The notes under the pieces are model-generated. The model had not been told where the DNA came from, searched no databases, and saw only the letters and a program-made list of their open reading frames with translations. 64,000 bases of DNA from Octopus sinensis (Eukaryota), in NCBI RefSeq assembly GCF_006345805.1, contig NC_042998.1, positions 143,840,001 through 143,904,000 of the forward strand. Direction: 5' to 3'. Positions 1-14,683 of this stretch are shown piece after piece (within the stretch, counting starts at the first letter, position 1; each line of letters begins with the position of its first letter). A program made the position numbers and the translations under genes.

Positions 1-744
1 TCCAAGTTGTGACTGCTGATGGCAAGTTGTTGGTTTCAGAAAATGCCTCATATTTATTGATGGTCCCTGAGAAAGCCAACTATTTTAGTTTGTTTTGAAA
101 TTAGGTAATATAAAGAATGTTTATATCTAGAGCTCCTAATTTAAATTACAATTGTTTGTTTGACCAATTGAGGTTTCATTTTTTTTTCACTAATTATTAG
201 GATTTTTTTTTTTTTTGTGTGATTTGATATTCTTTATAATGTTGACCCACTGCTTTTGTACTTATCTTTCAACCAGTTAACCTTATTGAGCAATCTGCAT
301 CATGTTTTTATATGTCAATGAGATTTTCATGGTAGAAATAAAGGCTAATTGTTAGTAAGAGAGCTATGTTAGCAGGTTTCTTTTTTTTTGGGGGGGGGGG
401 GTGCATGTGTGTGTAGCTATTCAGCTTTGGTTTGCTTCAAAGTTAAGCAGTCTGTATATTTTAATGGGTTAGAAAAACAAAATTTGCTAATATTTTGACA
501 CACACACATATAGATATTTTGCTTTCTATTCTCATCTGGTCTTACTAAACACTGGACATATTATATAAAATACTGAGATTTTTCTGTTCATGTTTGGATA
601 TTTCAAATTATGTCATGCAAAGACGAATTTTGGGGATGGGTATGTGTAAGCATGCTCGAAATTTGGTTGTGTTGTCAGTACCTAATGATTTGATGGTGTG
701 ACTAAGTTTTCTGTTTATGGAAATAAAACTTAGCTTTATAATAA

Positions 745-932
745 TAATCCTTTCAGCTGAATGCTCAAGGCTTGAAATTTGGGGGTAGAGTACTAGTCAA
801 TTACATCAACTCCAGTGTTTCACTGGTACTTAATTTACCAACCCTGAAAGGATGAAAGGCAACATCAACCTCAGCGGAATTTGAATTCAGAATGTCAAGA
901 CAGACAAAATACTGCTAAACAACTCTGCCAGT
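745..932 (-). mobile_element. Short tRNA-derived SINE with (ATT)n tail, old copy
   Basis: Reverse complement matches the family at 39550-40340 (ttcaaattccgc..gcctttcatcctttc..taagtaccag), with CpG-to-TpG changes. Confidence 0.75.
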
Positions 933-1696
933 GTTAAGGGTTTTTTTTTTTTTAAGCTGAAGTAGTGCTGTGGATCATAATTTGTTATGAAGTGATTCAG
1001 ATACAAATCTTGTTTCAACAACAGTAGCTAACTAATGTTTCGAATGTACCTTAAAGCTTGGCTTTTCAGTAAAACTATTTTAAAAAAATATTTTTTTAGA
1101 AAAATCAATTCTGTTGGTATGATTCTATCTTCTGTAGGTGATTGATGATGTAACAAATATATTCCTCATTTTAATAATATAAGGCTGGTGGCTATGTGAA
1201 TAGATCTGAATATTTATTTACTGGAATGTTTTAAAAAGCAAGTTAATGGCTCAGAGCAAATCTAATTTTATTTTCATTCAACAACTGGAATTTCAAAGTA
1301 GATTTAGGTAAACTCTGAATGCTATATTTATTCCAAGTGATTATTAGTGTGTAGCCATCTGTTCTGAAACAATAGTTTTGTACTAAGATTCACTAATGTT
1401 GCTAACCTTGAAGATATATTACCTTGCGTTTTCCCAATTGCTTTCATTGAAGCTGGTATGCAGTTCTTAATCTTTAAATTTCTCTTTTATCTATAGTGCT
1501 ACTGATTTTATTGCAAGATATCGAAGATTTGTTGGGTTTTTTTTTTTTTATGCAGCTGCAGCATTATTTTATACAACAAAGGAAAGAAGTTAAGAAATTC
1601 TAAGTTCTCTGATAGTATATCCAGATATTATTCAAAGAAAACCAATTTTATTTCTCAATTAGTTTTTGAAATTTTTTTCTTTGTCCCTCCCTCCCT

Positions 1697-1730
<34 letters not shown>

Positions 1731-4279
1731 ATGAATTACAAAATCACATGAGATTGCAAAAACTTCAAAATTCTTTTTAACTTTATTGCATTTTACTTCC
1801 TCTCTAGTTTTTTTCCTGTCTGAAGAATATATGGTTTCATTTTACAGAACTTTGGTTAGATTTTCCTATATATTAGATTTACCTAACCATGGGTTTTTTT
1901 TTTTTTTTTTTTGAACCAAAGAACTCTTATCTGTTAACTGAAGCAGACACGTTCAAGAATGTTGCCTTCCAAAACATCTATTTCCAAACTGCAGTCTTGT
2001 TTAATTTCAATTTCTGTGAATATTTATTTTTGGCAGAATGTCGTTTCCAGCAACCTACAAGACAAATAATCTTGTTTCCTCACTTGTATCTAATATCACA
2101 CCTTTGTTGAACATAACACCCTTTCCTCTACCCTTCTAGATAGCAGCACCAATATCAACATTGAATGAACTTGTTGGCATTCACCACCTCCATTTGGTTA
2201 GGGTGGGGACTATGTCTGAAGGTCATATATTGCAGTTGAAATGGCCTCTCAGTCTTCTAAGTCATCTATGATTCAGATATGTCTGTATTTCTGTCATAAC
2301 ACAAAATTCAATAATTTAGATTTTTAAATTAACATCTCTTGTGTTTTCTTTGTCTATGAATGGATTTGAAAACAAACAACATCATCATCATTTTATATTC
2401 TTTATTCCATGATGGTGTAGGTTGGGTGGTTTGAGCCAGAGGACTGTGCCAAACTCTGATAAATATTTTAAATCATACTGAAAGCAAATTGATATGTGTG
2501 TGCATGTACACGGACACATGCAATAACCAAATGATCAATATGTTTGCTGTGCAATCATGAAATCTCTTGTTTCAGATCAGCCCAAATTTTGTGAGAGAAA
2601 TTGTGTAGACAAAAACTGGGAGCCCATCAAATAGATTGTACCTGTAATTCAAAGGGCCAACCTTGTAACACTGCAAATGTCTGTGGAATTTTCAACCACT
2701 TCCTCTTTAATTCAATAAGTACATAGTTCAGGTTCATTTGATTGTCCAATTTGAATACTTATTGTTAAAATTAAGAGATTCATATTTTCATTTCAATTTT
2801 GCCTTCTGTGTGTTTTGCCTTCTCACAATCATAAGCCCAAGTGTTCAGTTCCTGGACTGAGTAGCACTTACCTTTGAGAAATGTACATCATTTCTTGCTG
2901 CTCCAGTCTACTCAGCTAAAAATGAGTGCCAGCTGAACTGTTTGTTTCAGCTCTCTCTCTCTCTAGCTGCCATGTTCTCAATGTTCCACTGAGTGGGAAG
3001 ACTAAAAGGGTGTCTGTGCCTGCTTGTGACTACATGGATTCATAAAGTAAGCAAAAGTGTGGTACTGGCTACCAGGTCATACTTGCAAGTGACAACTAAC
3101 CTTTTTACAGTGTGTGTGTGTGCATGCATGCATGTGTGTTTGCTTTTCAATTATTTTCACTTATCCTTTTGTACCTTCTGTACATTGGTATTGTGACCAT
3201 ACACTTTTCTGTCTGGGATACACCACTACACAAACACACACGCAGAATTTTCAGCCCCTTTTACAGCTTTTCAACATGTTCGATGAGGGCTATACCCAAC
3301 ATATTACAATTTCTTCTCCCAGTATACAAACTTCTACTGTTCTTACCATTAAAAGTCTCTTTAAAATGCCTACGTTTCTACAAAGTTCTATGAAAACCTG
3401 TAGAAAACTGTCCAAACAAATGGGGGAGTTGCCTGCCCATGATGTTTGGAGGAGCTACACGTTTAGCCATAATGCAATTTAATCAGTTTAGTGACTGACT
3501 TGTTCTTCTGTTGAAGATGCATTCTAAAATATATAATTCACAAGTTGTTAGAACACCATTCTAAGGTAGACAGACAAATACCTTGAATAGCAATTGATTT
3601 TATTTCTATTAAATTCATTCAACAAAATTCTCTCTCATTTTGCCTCTGAATACGATTAAAATTTAGTAATGGTCACATAAAACAACCATCTCTGTAATAT
3701 CTATATATTTGTGAGTAAACAAGATGATTTATTCTGAAACTTTGTTGGGTTTTTTTTTTAAGACTTATTTGGATATAAGTAGACACACAGGTCCATTTTA
3801 TATAACAGCAGATTCAATCTAAAAGATCTGTTTATTTCATATCATTTCAATAGTGCCTCACAGCTTAAAGAATTCTTTCAGGTCATATGAAATCTTATAA
3901 TTAATGAAATTATCTTATCTGAAAGGGAATTGATACTAGTGGTTCTAACACCACCACTGTCAGGCACCTTGGGTGTCTTTAGCAGAAACCATTCTGTTGC
4001 AAGCATTTGGACCTGATCTCTGGTTTGAGGATACTGCCCTCCTTTCCTTCCACCAGTCTTGGAAACTCTGTAACAGATTATGGGCACTGCCTTCATTCCT
4101 GACTAAAAGATTTTGGAAAACGATTGTTGAGATATTATTTTACACTATATTTCTTTAGTAAACTTATTATTTTACAAATTTAACTGCTTCTCCTCACTTA
4201 ATAACCACTCACTCGGATTAGACCCTATTCTGGCCATAATATTTTGATGATATATATATATATATATATATATTATAGA

Positions 4280-4680
4280 CACAGGTGTGGCTATGTGATT
4301 AAGAAGTTTGCTTTCCCGCCAGTTAGTCCTGGATTCAGTCCCACTGTGTGGAATCTTGGGCAACTGTCTTCTCTGGCCCTGAGTCAACCAAATCCTTTTA
4401 AGTTGATATGGTAGACAGAAACTGACAGAAGCCTGTGGTGTGTGTGTCCTCTTGACATCATGTGATTGTTGTAAAGCAAGTGTCATCATCATACAAGCAG
4501 TATTCTTGGTTTCCAATCTTCCATGAAAACATGTCTAGCCATGGAGAAATATAAACTTACTTGGAAACAGGTGAGAGTTTGTGAAAGGAGGGGAATCTAA
4601 CCATAGAAAATTTGCCTCAACAAACTCCATCTAACCCATGCAAGCATGGGAAAGTGAACCTTGAAACGATGATGATGATA
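4280..4680 (+). mobile_element. tRNA-derived SINE with (GAT)n tail; related copies near 5080-5315, 12590-12915, 18985-19390, 24620-24770
   Basis: A-box-like tggctatgtga, B-box-like ggattcagtccc, and 3' end ccatgcaagcatgg...gatgatgat repeated across the window. Confidence 0.75.
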
Positions 4681-7249
4681 TATTTATAGTCCATCAAATC
4701 TTTGTTTTGAAAGGGTTAAGTTGGGTTAATATTTGGCTACACTTAGATTTACACAGGCTTTTGCATTTATTATAGTATCCAACACTATTCTCATACATAC
4801 ACTCACCCACACATTCATACATAATGTATGATTTAGTTAGTCATTGTTTATTTGAAAAGTAGATGTTCCAGGTAATGGACAGTGTTCATCTCAACTAGGA
4901 AGTACATCACCTGTTACCTTCAACTAAACTTGCTTTTTCTATTAACAAAAAAATAGTCTTATTTCCCCTCCCCACCTCTCCACAGTGATACATTTACTCT
5001 GACCTTATATGGTATGGTGGTTTCTATATCTGGTTTCTATATGCCTGAGTTGTCAGTGTTTTTAGTAGAACATGTTTAATATGTGCATATATACCCTTGT
5101 CTAGACATCACGTGATGGTTGTAAATTATCGTTATTGTCAAACAAGCAAGGTTGTTCGTCTCCAATCTAAACATGTATGAGTATGGGAAAAGGTTACCTT
5201 GCTTGAAAACAAGTGAGTGTTGGTGACAGGAAGGGTATCCAACTGTACAAACTTTTTCAACAAATTCCATCCAATCCATGCAAGTATGAAAAAGGGTTAA
5301 ATTATGATGATGATTTCACTTATTCAGATGTATGTAATTAATTATACTTATATAAATATGATTATTAACTAATTAGTCCTAATTATCATAACTAAAACGA
5401 TGCACTTACATATAGTTAATAGTATTATTTGTCTATATTGTATGTATGTATGTATGTATTCTCAATAATTATTATTTCTAATTAAGGTACAAGGTCAGTA
5501 ATTTGGAAGAGGGGTTTAGTCACTACCAATAACCTTAGTACTTTATCAAGCCTGAAAGAACAAAAGTAAAATTGACTAAGATGGTGTCTGAACTCAGAAT
5601 GTTAAGTTTTGGGAGAAATACCGCAAGGTATTTTTCCCCATGTTCTAATGAGTCTGCCAGCTTGCCATGTTAATATATACTCCATCATTATGGTCTTAGT
5701 TCAACTTTCTGCTGAAATCGTTTCTATATGATTGCTAGATCTAGTAGAAATAACCCTCAGATATGACCATACCAGCTTGTATAAGTACAGAACACATTAG
5801 ATAATTATAATCCTACTTGCCCCCAAAACATGTAGTGGTCATAGCTGATATGCTGATATATGTTTGGTTATAAGTGTGTCTGGTCAGAGTTAGGCGTTCT
5901 AACCACCACCTCTACAAGATCTGCACCTACTCTTCTTTCTTACTGTCACAACTACACTGTATCTCAACTACTTTTCTCTGCTTATATGTACAGTCCACTC
6001 CTCTTACTACTCTTTTCTCTCAACTCAACATCTGTAACAAATGACTTTTAGTCACTGATTTTACTGAACTTTCCTCTTCCACACACACCCACACTTGCTC
6101 TCGTCATGCACTCAGTTGTCACGTGCAGAAACTTACCTAGACACAAGCTGAAGGAGCTTGTATATGTTTACTCAACCTGCTAGAAATAGCGACCTGATTA
6201 CACCCTGCTATCTTAAAAACAGGAAGAACACATTCAACACTATAGATATACAAAAAGATGGAATGGTCCCAGCTAAAATACCTCTAATCATACATAAGCC
6301 TATTCATTCAGGTTATCTGTGGGTTAAACAACAACAACTTACCTGTGTGTTCTTCCTATCCTTGTGAATTTGCTACAGCTAGTATCTAGCCACCACCAAA
6401 GTCTTTTCTTTCTCTGTTCCTCTTTTTCTTTTCTTTTTTTCTTTCTGCTGTCTCTTCAACTTTCTTAGATCAAGGACATTTATCTCAACTTTGTTTATAA
6501 GTCATCGTTCTCAATCACTTTAAAGTACATAACTGTTCTTATTGCTTGCTTGCACTCTTCCTTCACCCATTGCTACTAATACTGTGACTGAATATTGTGT
6601 GAAATTGAATAGTCTACATCAGCTAGTCTCCTCACTCACTTGTATCCCTGACTGACACACCAACTCCAAACACTTGTGACATCATTCTTGTTTCTAAACC
6701 CAGTATGCATCTTGCCATACTTAAGTCTTTTCCATCTCTTCCCTCCACTGAATCACATGATCAATGCTTACTTAAAACCATCCTCACTGACATCAGCTAC
6801 CCTTGGCAGCCACCCATAAGACATTTAAGTAAATGACTGATATCCTCACTCTAAGTGTGTGTGTCACTTTACAACTCTTATGCACCCTAAGTCCACAACT
6901 CCAAAATAAGTCTGCAGTTCCCAAAGAATGCTGATTGCAAGTTAAACTACCAAGAAAGAAAATATCTTTGTACCTCACATGGCCTGTAAGCTTTTTACCT
7001 CATGTAACTTGTAAGTTCTTTTGCACCTCAAATTTCAGATAAAAGTCACCATGTTTCCTACCCTGGGTAGGTTGGTATTGGAAAGGCTAACTAGCTGGTC
7101 CTCAGATTGTTCCTTCTATTATCATGAAACTGCTTGTTACAGCTAGTACTTTACTTCCATTGTATTCTTTAATCTTTTTATCTCTACAAACCCTATCACC
7201 ACATCACCAATCCATGAATATGTGCAACAGTGTGTCCCACCCACAAGAA

Positions 7250-8340
7250 GAGTGACTTTTCTGACCCTGTCCAACTAACTTATTAAGAAGCAGTTATGAA
7301 AATCATCCACCTAATTTTATCACCTCAAGTTTTTTTGCCTTCTCAGCAGTCACAAATACAATTTCCAAACTTTGATCTACCATCCAACATTGCACACCAC
7401 TATCTCCTCTCAATATTGTTTCCTTAGACATTAACAAAGGCCTCGATTATGTCTGACACAAGAGTCATGTAACAGTACTGGTTATGTGTCCCATCTATTC
7501 CTTTGGTCTTGGATCTGAAGTTTCCTATTAAATCTCTCCCTCACAATATTTACCAGTGGTGCTCACTCTGTCCCACATTCTGTCATCTCTGGAGTGTCTT
7601 TAGGATTATGTTTCATACAATAAGGATGTTTCATGGAGATGATGCCACCTTTCCCTGCACTTTTAGCTTCCATGAGCAAAGACCTTGAAAACAGCCTTCA
7701 GCATATATATGACAAGTTAACACTTTTTGTCACCATATTTCTGCTGAAATACACTGCCTTTTGCTGCATTTTGAAAATCATGGGTTTAGTAAAATAACAG
7801 CTAATTTTTGGAACATAGAATTAAAATGAAATTTTGTTGCAAGTTTTTCTTAGATCACTTTAAAAGATGAAATTTGTATCATTAACTCAGGGCAGCCTTG
7901 GGTTGGTTCATATCAAAAAGACTAATTTCTTTTCACACTGCACATATAAATCTCCCAAACATTACACCTTCCTCAGTGATAACACATAGCTAACAACCTT
8001 CAACTTTAAGCAAACATTAAGCCTCATTGGTCTATAATAATCTTAAATGACCAACAGCATTATCAAACCTACATCTCAAACTTTGATGAGCACTTCAGCC
8101 TTGAACAGTTTAATATTAGTTTTCTTTAAAAGTGTGCATGTTACTTACACTGGGGTCCTGCACACATATTTGGCACAATATAACTGCTAAATATACAGCA
8201 TCCTAGACAGCAAGCAAAGTAAGACCATCTGGCTGATTGTCAAAGCTTTACTAATCAACTACAACCAATAGTCCGTGCAAACACTATTTCTTCTTTCTGT
8301 CTCTCTTACCTTTTCTCTAATGTTTGTTTCTCCTCCAGGA
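7250..8340 (+). pseudogene. Highly degenerate LINE reverse transcriptase relic, interrupted by a piggyBac-type MITE at about 7716-7925
   Basis: Decayed motifs SLDINK..DYV*HK near 7420, GDDAT near 7636 and ILD..QSK.I.LI near 8200. Confidence 0.45.
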
Positions 8341-8404
8341 GTTGAAGTTGAAAATAAACCTGATCAACTTGACATTTTTTGTGAGGCCTGCAAAACCAGT
8401 TCTA

Positions 8405-8435
<31 letters not shown>

Positions 8436-8934
8436 TTTCTCTGTATTATAGGCACAAGGCCTGAAATTGGGGCAGGAGGCTAGTCAGATTACATCAACAC
8501 CCAGTATTCAATTGGTACTTATTTCATCAACCCTAAAAAGATGAAAGGCAATTTTAACTCAGAATGTAGAGAGAGAATAAATACCACAAAGTATTTTGCC
8601 CAGCACAGTAACTATTCTGTAAACTCACTACCTTACTGTACTTATTTTGTCAACTACCAGTTGGAGCACTCTATGAAATAAGTACCAGTTGTTAATAGTA
8701 ATAATAATAACTGTTTCAAATTTTGGCTAAGGCCAACAATTTTGAGGGGAGAGTGTTAGGTGTAGCATAGTTAGTTGATTGCATTAACCTCAGTACTTGA
8801 CTGGTTCTTATTTTATCAACTTCGAAAAGGACAAAAGGCAAAGTTGTTCTTGACAGTATTTGAACTTGGGTTGTAAGAGCCAGAAAAAATGCCACTAAGC
8901 ATGTTTTCTAATGCTCTAATGATTCTGCCAATTT

Positions 8935-10008
8935 ACCAACCGCCCAAAGCCGCCCAAAAAAAATTTTGGTTAATGTGACCAAACCGCCCAAACCTGTCCG
9001 TATTTAGCTATTCATATTTAAATGAGAATATCAGAGCAAATCTCTTTAGTACATTCGTGAAAACACGTATTATATTTCGTAAACAGTTCAACTACAGTTT
9101 TGTACAACAATCGAAGTGTAATTTTAATTCCGTGAATTTTGGGAGATTTTTTTCCGAAATTTGTTGCTATTGTGTTTTCAAAATTTGTAATTCTGACAAA
9201 AAATGGATACGAATTTCATTATATCAAGCAGCGAGTCAGAATTCGAAGGATTTTCTACTGAAGACCTTCATAAATCTAACTCTATGACTGAAAAAAAAAG
9301 CACGTGGTATTTGATAATGAATCTGATGTTTCATTTTCCGAAAGTGAAAACAGTGAATCCGAGAGCTCCAACAGCGATAAAGAAAATGAATTGGCACCTG
9401 AATGGAGTGAAAATTTAAAAACTGTTTCTTTCGGTGATTTTTCTGAAGAAACTGGACCAAGCCACAGACTTTCCCAGAAGAGTAAAGCCTTAGACTATCT
9501 CTTTTTACTTTTTCGAATGAGCCTATTTGAAATCATTACGGTGGAAACGAACCGTCACGCTAAATGTAAACAAAGCGAAAGAAAGGATAGTTAGTGGTTT
9601 CCCATAACCTTAAATGAAATTAAGACTATTTTGCCATAAATATTATTATGGGTATCAGAAAGTTACCCAGAATAACAAATTCTATCGTAAAATTTTGTTG
9701 TATACCCAATTGAATATTAGCTAATAACCCATTTTCTATAGCGATGTTTGAACAAAATTTTAATAATTTTATATTTTGTTGAATTTACCTGTATCTACTT
9801 GCAATTAGAGTCACTTTGTGACAAAAATTATAGTATAGAATTGGTTGAGAACATTTCATTAAATTATCTTCCAAAAATCACGTTAATATATTGATAAATA
9901 AAAAAGTTATAGTTGTTTAATGAAACCAGACTTAATTTATGATTATGTTAGAAATTAATTGAAACACATAAGGGGTGTATTTTGGGCAGAAATATACTAA
10001 TGAAAGGG
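8935..10008 (+). mobile_element. Internally deleted piggyBac element with N-terminal transposase remnant
   Basis: ORFs 9203-9594 show an acidic N-terminus and LDYLFLLFRMSLFEIITVETNRHA, followed by AINIIMGIRKLPRI, typical of piggyBac transposases. Right end is ...tgaaaggg|TTAA; left terminus is truncated. Confidence 0.8.
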
Positions 10009-13000
10009 TTAATAAGTTTTCCCAGTAAAAATAATAGTTTTTAAAGAGTAAAGAAACAGTATTTATGAACTTCCTGCTCCTAGTAATTCTTTGTATGGAT
10101 TCCATCAATTGTAAAGAAGGATTTAATAAATTTCCCTTTTTCCAAATTTAATTTGCGTAGTAATCTTTGCTACAGCTTTTCTTCTACCCTACTACTGTCT
10201 CTCTTTCTCTCTCTCTCTCTCCCCACTCCACTTAATGGCAAGGACTAGAAAAACCAGCAGAATCAATATTGCTGTAATGTTCAATGTCCATTAATTTGGC
10301 AGCTAAGAATGGTGTTGCTATCTTCAAGTTTTGTGTTGCATAAGAGAAAGAAATGACCTTGTTTTCTACTCTAAAGGTCATTATTCAGCTATTTCAGATT
10401 TCTAATTATGGAGTATTTTATGAGAGTTTCATTTCTCTTTCTAATGTGTTTGAAATCTTGGTATGGATGTGTGTCCACTCTCTTCCTCTTTTTTTCCCCT
10501 TTCTCACTTTCTCTTCAAATAAATATATATATAATATATACACACACACACAGAAACGCACAAAATATGCACAATTTGAAATTGTGTAACAAATTTTAAT
10601 TTTCTACAGGAAATAAAATAAGACTGATTTCTAAAATGATCCATTGTACCTTCTTTCCATCACTCTTTGTTCACTCATATATTTATATATATATATATAT
10701 TTCAGTTGAATATAATAATTTATTATTCATAAGCATTGTTTTACTTTCTATAGTTAACATATGTCTCTCTGATTCTGCTTACAACGATATTTTCAATGTT
10801 GAAGTCATTTTTGTTTATGTTGATTGGGTTTCAATGCAATTTGCAGCTGCTTTATTTCATGTTTATTAGAGTTTGTTTTTATAAAAATCATTTAATGAAG
10901 TAGAGAGCCCTCCAAAATATCGTATCTTGTACTGCAGATAAATTTTCAAGAAACTTAATGTTTATTCGTAGTTTAAATTCTCTTCTTTTTTCACTGAAAT
11001 GTAATGGTTGTTAAAAGTATTAGGTGCAGGCATGGCTGCATGGTTTGCAACTAATGGTTTTGTGTTCAGTCCTACTATGCAACATCTTAATTCTCTTCTT
11101 TTATGGCCCTGGGCTTAACAATTCCTTAGCGAATTTGGTTGGTAGAAATTATAAGGAAGCCTAATATGTATACATTTGTGTTTGTTCATCCCCCATCACC
11201 GTTTCACAACCAGTGTTTGTTTGTTTAATAAGTGCCAGACTTAAGAACTGGGGTTGAATTGTTTACCAAGGACTGCAATACACTGATGGATGCTAGGTTG
11301 AGGGGTTCAGGTGTACACATGCGTTTATGTATAGGCTATTCAAATGAATCATTAAACCAGACATGTTTACTTGGAAAACTGGAAATGAATTACACCATTT
11401 ATATGACAAGGACACTTGTTTGCATCTATTGTGCAATGTTAAGACAGGTAGACACACACACACACACATGCAACAGGCTTCTTTCAGTGTCCATCTAATA
11501 AATCTGTTAAGGCTTTCGCCAGACCAGAAGACACTTGCTCAAGGTGCCATGCAATGGGACTGAACCCAAAACCACATAGTTGGAAGTGAACTTTTTAACC
11601 ACACAGCCATGCTGGCATGGGTTGGACTACACACACACATATATATATTGTATATATGGGACTTCATTTTCTAATGTAGCCATTCCTAATTTAAAACAGA
11701 GTATGATGTGTGGAAAATTTGGTTGCTATGACTAACAGTTCACATGAAACCTACCTACATTGGCCTGAGATAAACTTTGGTTTTGTTGTAGTTAAAAAAT
11801 AATGATAAATAGTGTTCCATTTGTGACATTCTCATCTTTTGTATATCAGGAACTGTATTGTTTGCTGTAGCCTTTATTTAAAGCTGTGATTTGTGAGAGT
11901 TTTTGTTGCTATCTTCAGCAGGTTGAGCAGCCATCCCAAAAAAAGTCTGCAAATAAACAATATTTTTGCCTCCTCTTTTCTTTCATGTAAAAGAGTTTTA
12001 GACCATTTAACAGATGTAAAATTGTAGAAAAACAAAACAAATATTTTGAATTTTGCCATTTAAGTTTTTTTAATTTGAAATAATTTTTTCCTCTTTAATT
12101 ATTTTGTTTAGCAGTAAATATATTTCTACATATTATAAGGCCATTTTCCAAAGGCTAGATCAGAACCCAAAGGTTCCTAGTTCATTGTCAATTTACAGTC
12201 CATTGACAAGGTTCTGTTTCTTCTTCAAGTTATGAAATTCTAATTGAAATTGCTGTAGTCTGATTATACTTGGTTAGGGAAGGTAAAGGGAGAGCTTTTT
12301 TCCAATCACATTTATACTTAATGTTATAATAACATGTAAAAGGAGTAGTTCCTTTCCATACAGTCTCAAAATTATGATCTACATACAAGAACAAAAGTAA
12401 TAACAGTGTTATGAATAAATGTGTATTCAGATATCCTGTTTATAGATATGTATTTAGGCTTGCAAGATTAGTCTAGTTTCGTTTTTCATTTTGTCCATCA
12501 TAGATAACTTACATCACTTCCCACATACAAAAATTAAGAAGATATTTATTATGTAAATAAATTATTATTATTATTAGTGTAAAGACATATAATGGTTTAC
12601 TTCTTGATTGCATGGTTTGGGGTCCAGTTCCACTGCGTGACACCTTGTGAGTGGATTTGGTAGGCAGAAAGAAGTCTTGTGTGTATGCGTTTCTCCTTGT
12701 CTTGACATCACATGATAGTTATAAATGAGTGTCACTGTCATACAAGCAGTGTCATTCATTTCTAATATTCTGAAAGATTATGTCTGGCTATGGTAAACTA
12801 TTACCTTGCTAGTTGAGTGTTGGCAAAAGGAAGAGCATCTGGCCATAGAAAATCTCCCTCAATAAACTCCATCCAACCCATGTAAACACAGGCAAAGAGG
12901 TCATTAAAATATGATGTTCCAAGTTGGTGTCCAGAATTTAATAACAAAAGTGTGTTTATGAAAATCATACAGTATAGTCTTGTGAAAGTATATATATTTA

Positions 13001-13972
13001 TCTTTTTTGTTACCAACCCATCTGAAGCTACCTCGGATTCTATAATATAAACTTCCTGTTTTAAAGTGGGCTTAATTTTAAAACTAACCATCAAACTTTC
13101 ATCTTTAAATCCAAACACCAGCTTAATAACAGCTACCAAATTCTTCATTTTCAAAATTGACAAGATCAAAGGCAAGGTGTGTTTAATGATAAAAGCAAGA
13201 TAAAATGGTAATGTTACAAAACATTACCAAATATTTATTTTGGGTTTTTGTTTCAAAATGAAATTATGGAAATGTAACTGATCTCATCAATTTTTAGTGT
13301 AAATTGTTACAATCTGGTCACTTAATTTCACTTCAAAGTCTAGTGAAGATGAGATTTATTACCCCTATATTCCTTATTACATTGGTACATTCTTTAATAC
13401 TAATTTCCTCCCTCCTCTTTACAACCATCACATGATGTCAAGATAAGGGAGCACAAACATCACATTCACATATGTATGTGTGTGTACACACACAAATCCA
13501 TTCACTATAGTTTGCCAGAGGTTATAGTATAAGACACTTGTCCGAGGTACCATGCAGTTGGATTGAGCCTAAAACCATAGGTTGGGAAGCAAACTTCTTA
13601 CCCTCACAGCTACATCCATGTCTTACTATTAATCTATATTCCTGAATGCTAATTTAGTATCTCTATATTCCTTAATGCTTGTTGATTGATACAAGTAAAG
13701 AGAACAGGAAAAAAGAAACTTCTTTTTCTTACCTACCCTATCAACTTCTTTTTCTTACCTACCCTATCAACTTGAAACAGAAGGCCAAACAGTTCCAAGT
13801 GATTTGGTAAAGATAGATAAATTAGTAGACTTTAGAACCTGTTCTATGAACTATTTCAGCTTATTGAGGTTTGTGTAAATTCTGTTGTCAGCTGTATACT
13901 CCTCTCTTTCTCTCTCTCTCTCTCTATCTATCATATATATATAATGGAAGTGTATTTCGGTTGAAGTTTGCT

Positions 13973-14200
13973 TAAACCTTTTGATGCCAACCCACCCAAG
14001 ACTGCTCTTGGTTCTAAATTACAAACTTTCTATTTTAAAGTGATCTAAATTTTAACCTTCCATCAAATTTTCATGTTAAATTCTGTTCCAAACACTGGCT
14101 TAATAATGACAAAGTCTTTTAACTAAATTCTTCATTATTTTCAAAAATTTATTGAAATAAAAGGAGTGTTTTAACAGAAAGATGGTAACAAAAAAGTTAA
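13973..14200. mobile_element. piggyBac-type MITE family A; related copies near 13010-13230, 15247-15425, 18455-18670, 24825-24995
   Basis: ttaaaccttttg...caaaaaagttaa termini and a shared internal sequence among copies. Confidence 0.7.
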
Positions 14201-14445
14201 AAAAGCTAAACATTAAAAAAGGTTTGAAAAAATAGGTATGGAGGAAATGGTGGTTTTCATTTTATAATATAAATTCAATGCCCACACATACTGACCTGAA
14301 ATTGCTAACAACCTGTAAAATCCTAATTTTAAAATTGTATCATATTTTATAGCATAAAAGATACACAAGCATATTAGATGCATCCCAATTTCAACTCTGC
14401 ATATTCAGGAAAAAAAGTTTTTAGTGCATTAAAGCATGTAATATG

Positions 14446-14683
14446 CAGTCGTGGCCAAAAGTTTGGAACATAAGTTTGAAAATTAAAATTTTTATACTAA
14501 ATGCCCAAAGTTATATTTGTGACACATTATTACTTGGCCAAAAGTTTGGAACATAGGTCTGAAAATTAGAATTTTTATTTTAAATGCCCAAATATATACA
14601 TTGTATATATTTGAATTGAATTGTACTTCGGCATAACAATTTAAATTGTTTTTCTAAATGTTCCAAACTTTCAGCCATGACTG
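14446..14683. mobile_element. Tc1/mariner-type MITE with an internal ~83 bp duplication of its left end
   Basis: TIRs cagtcgtggccaaaagtttggaaca and tgttccaaactttcagccatgactg, with TA on the right side. Confidence 0.75.

Noticed and set aside
4280-4360. tRNA gene candidates at A/B-box-like motifs
   Set aside because: They are SINE heads that continue into SINE bodies and do not form a clean cloverleaf.
10595-10680. Candidate 5' UTR exon after tttctacag
   Set aside because: Acceptor-like sequence only, with no clear donor or transcript evidence.
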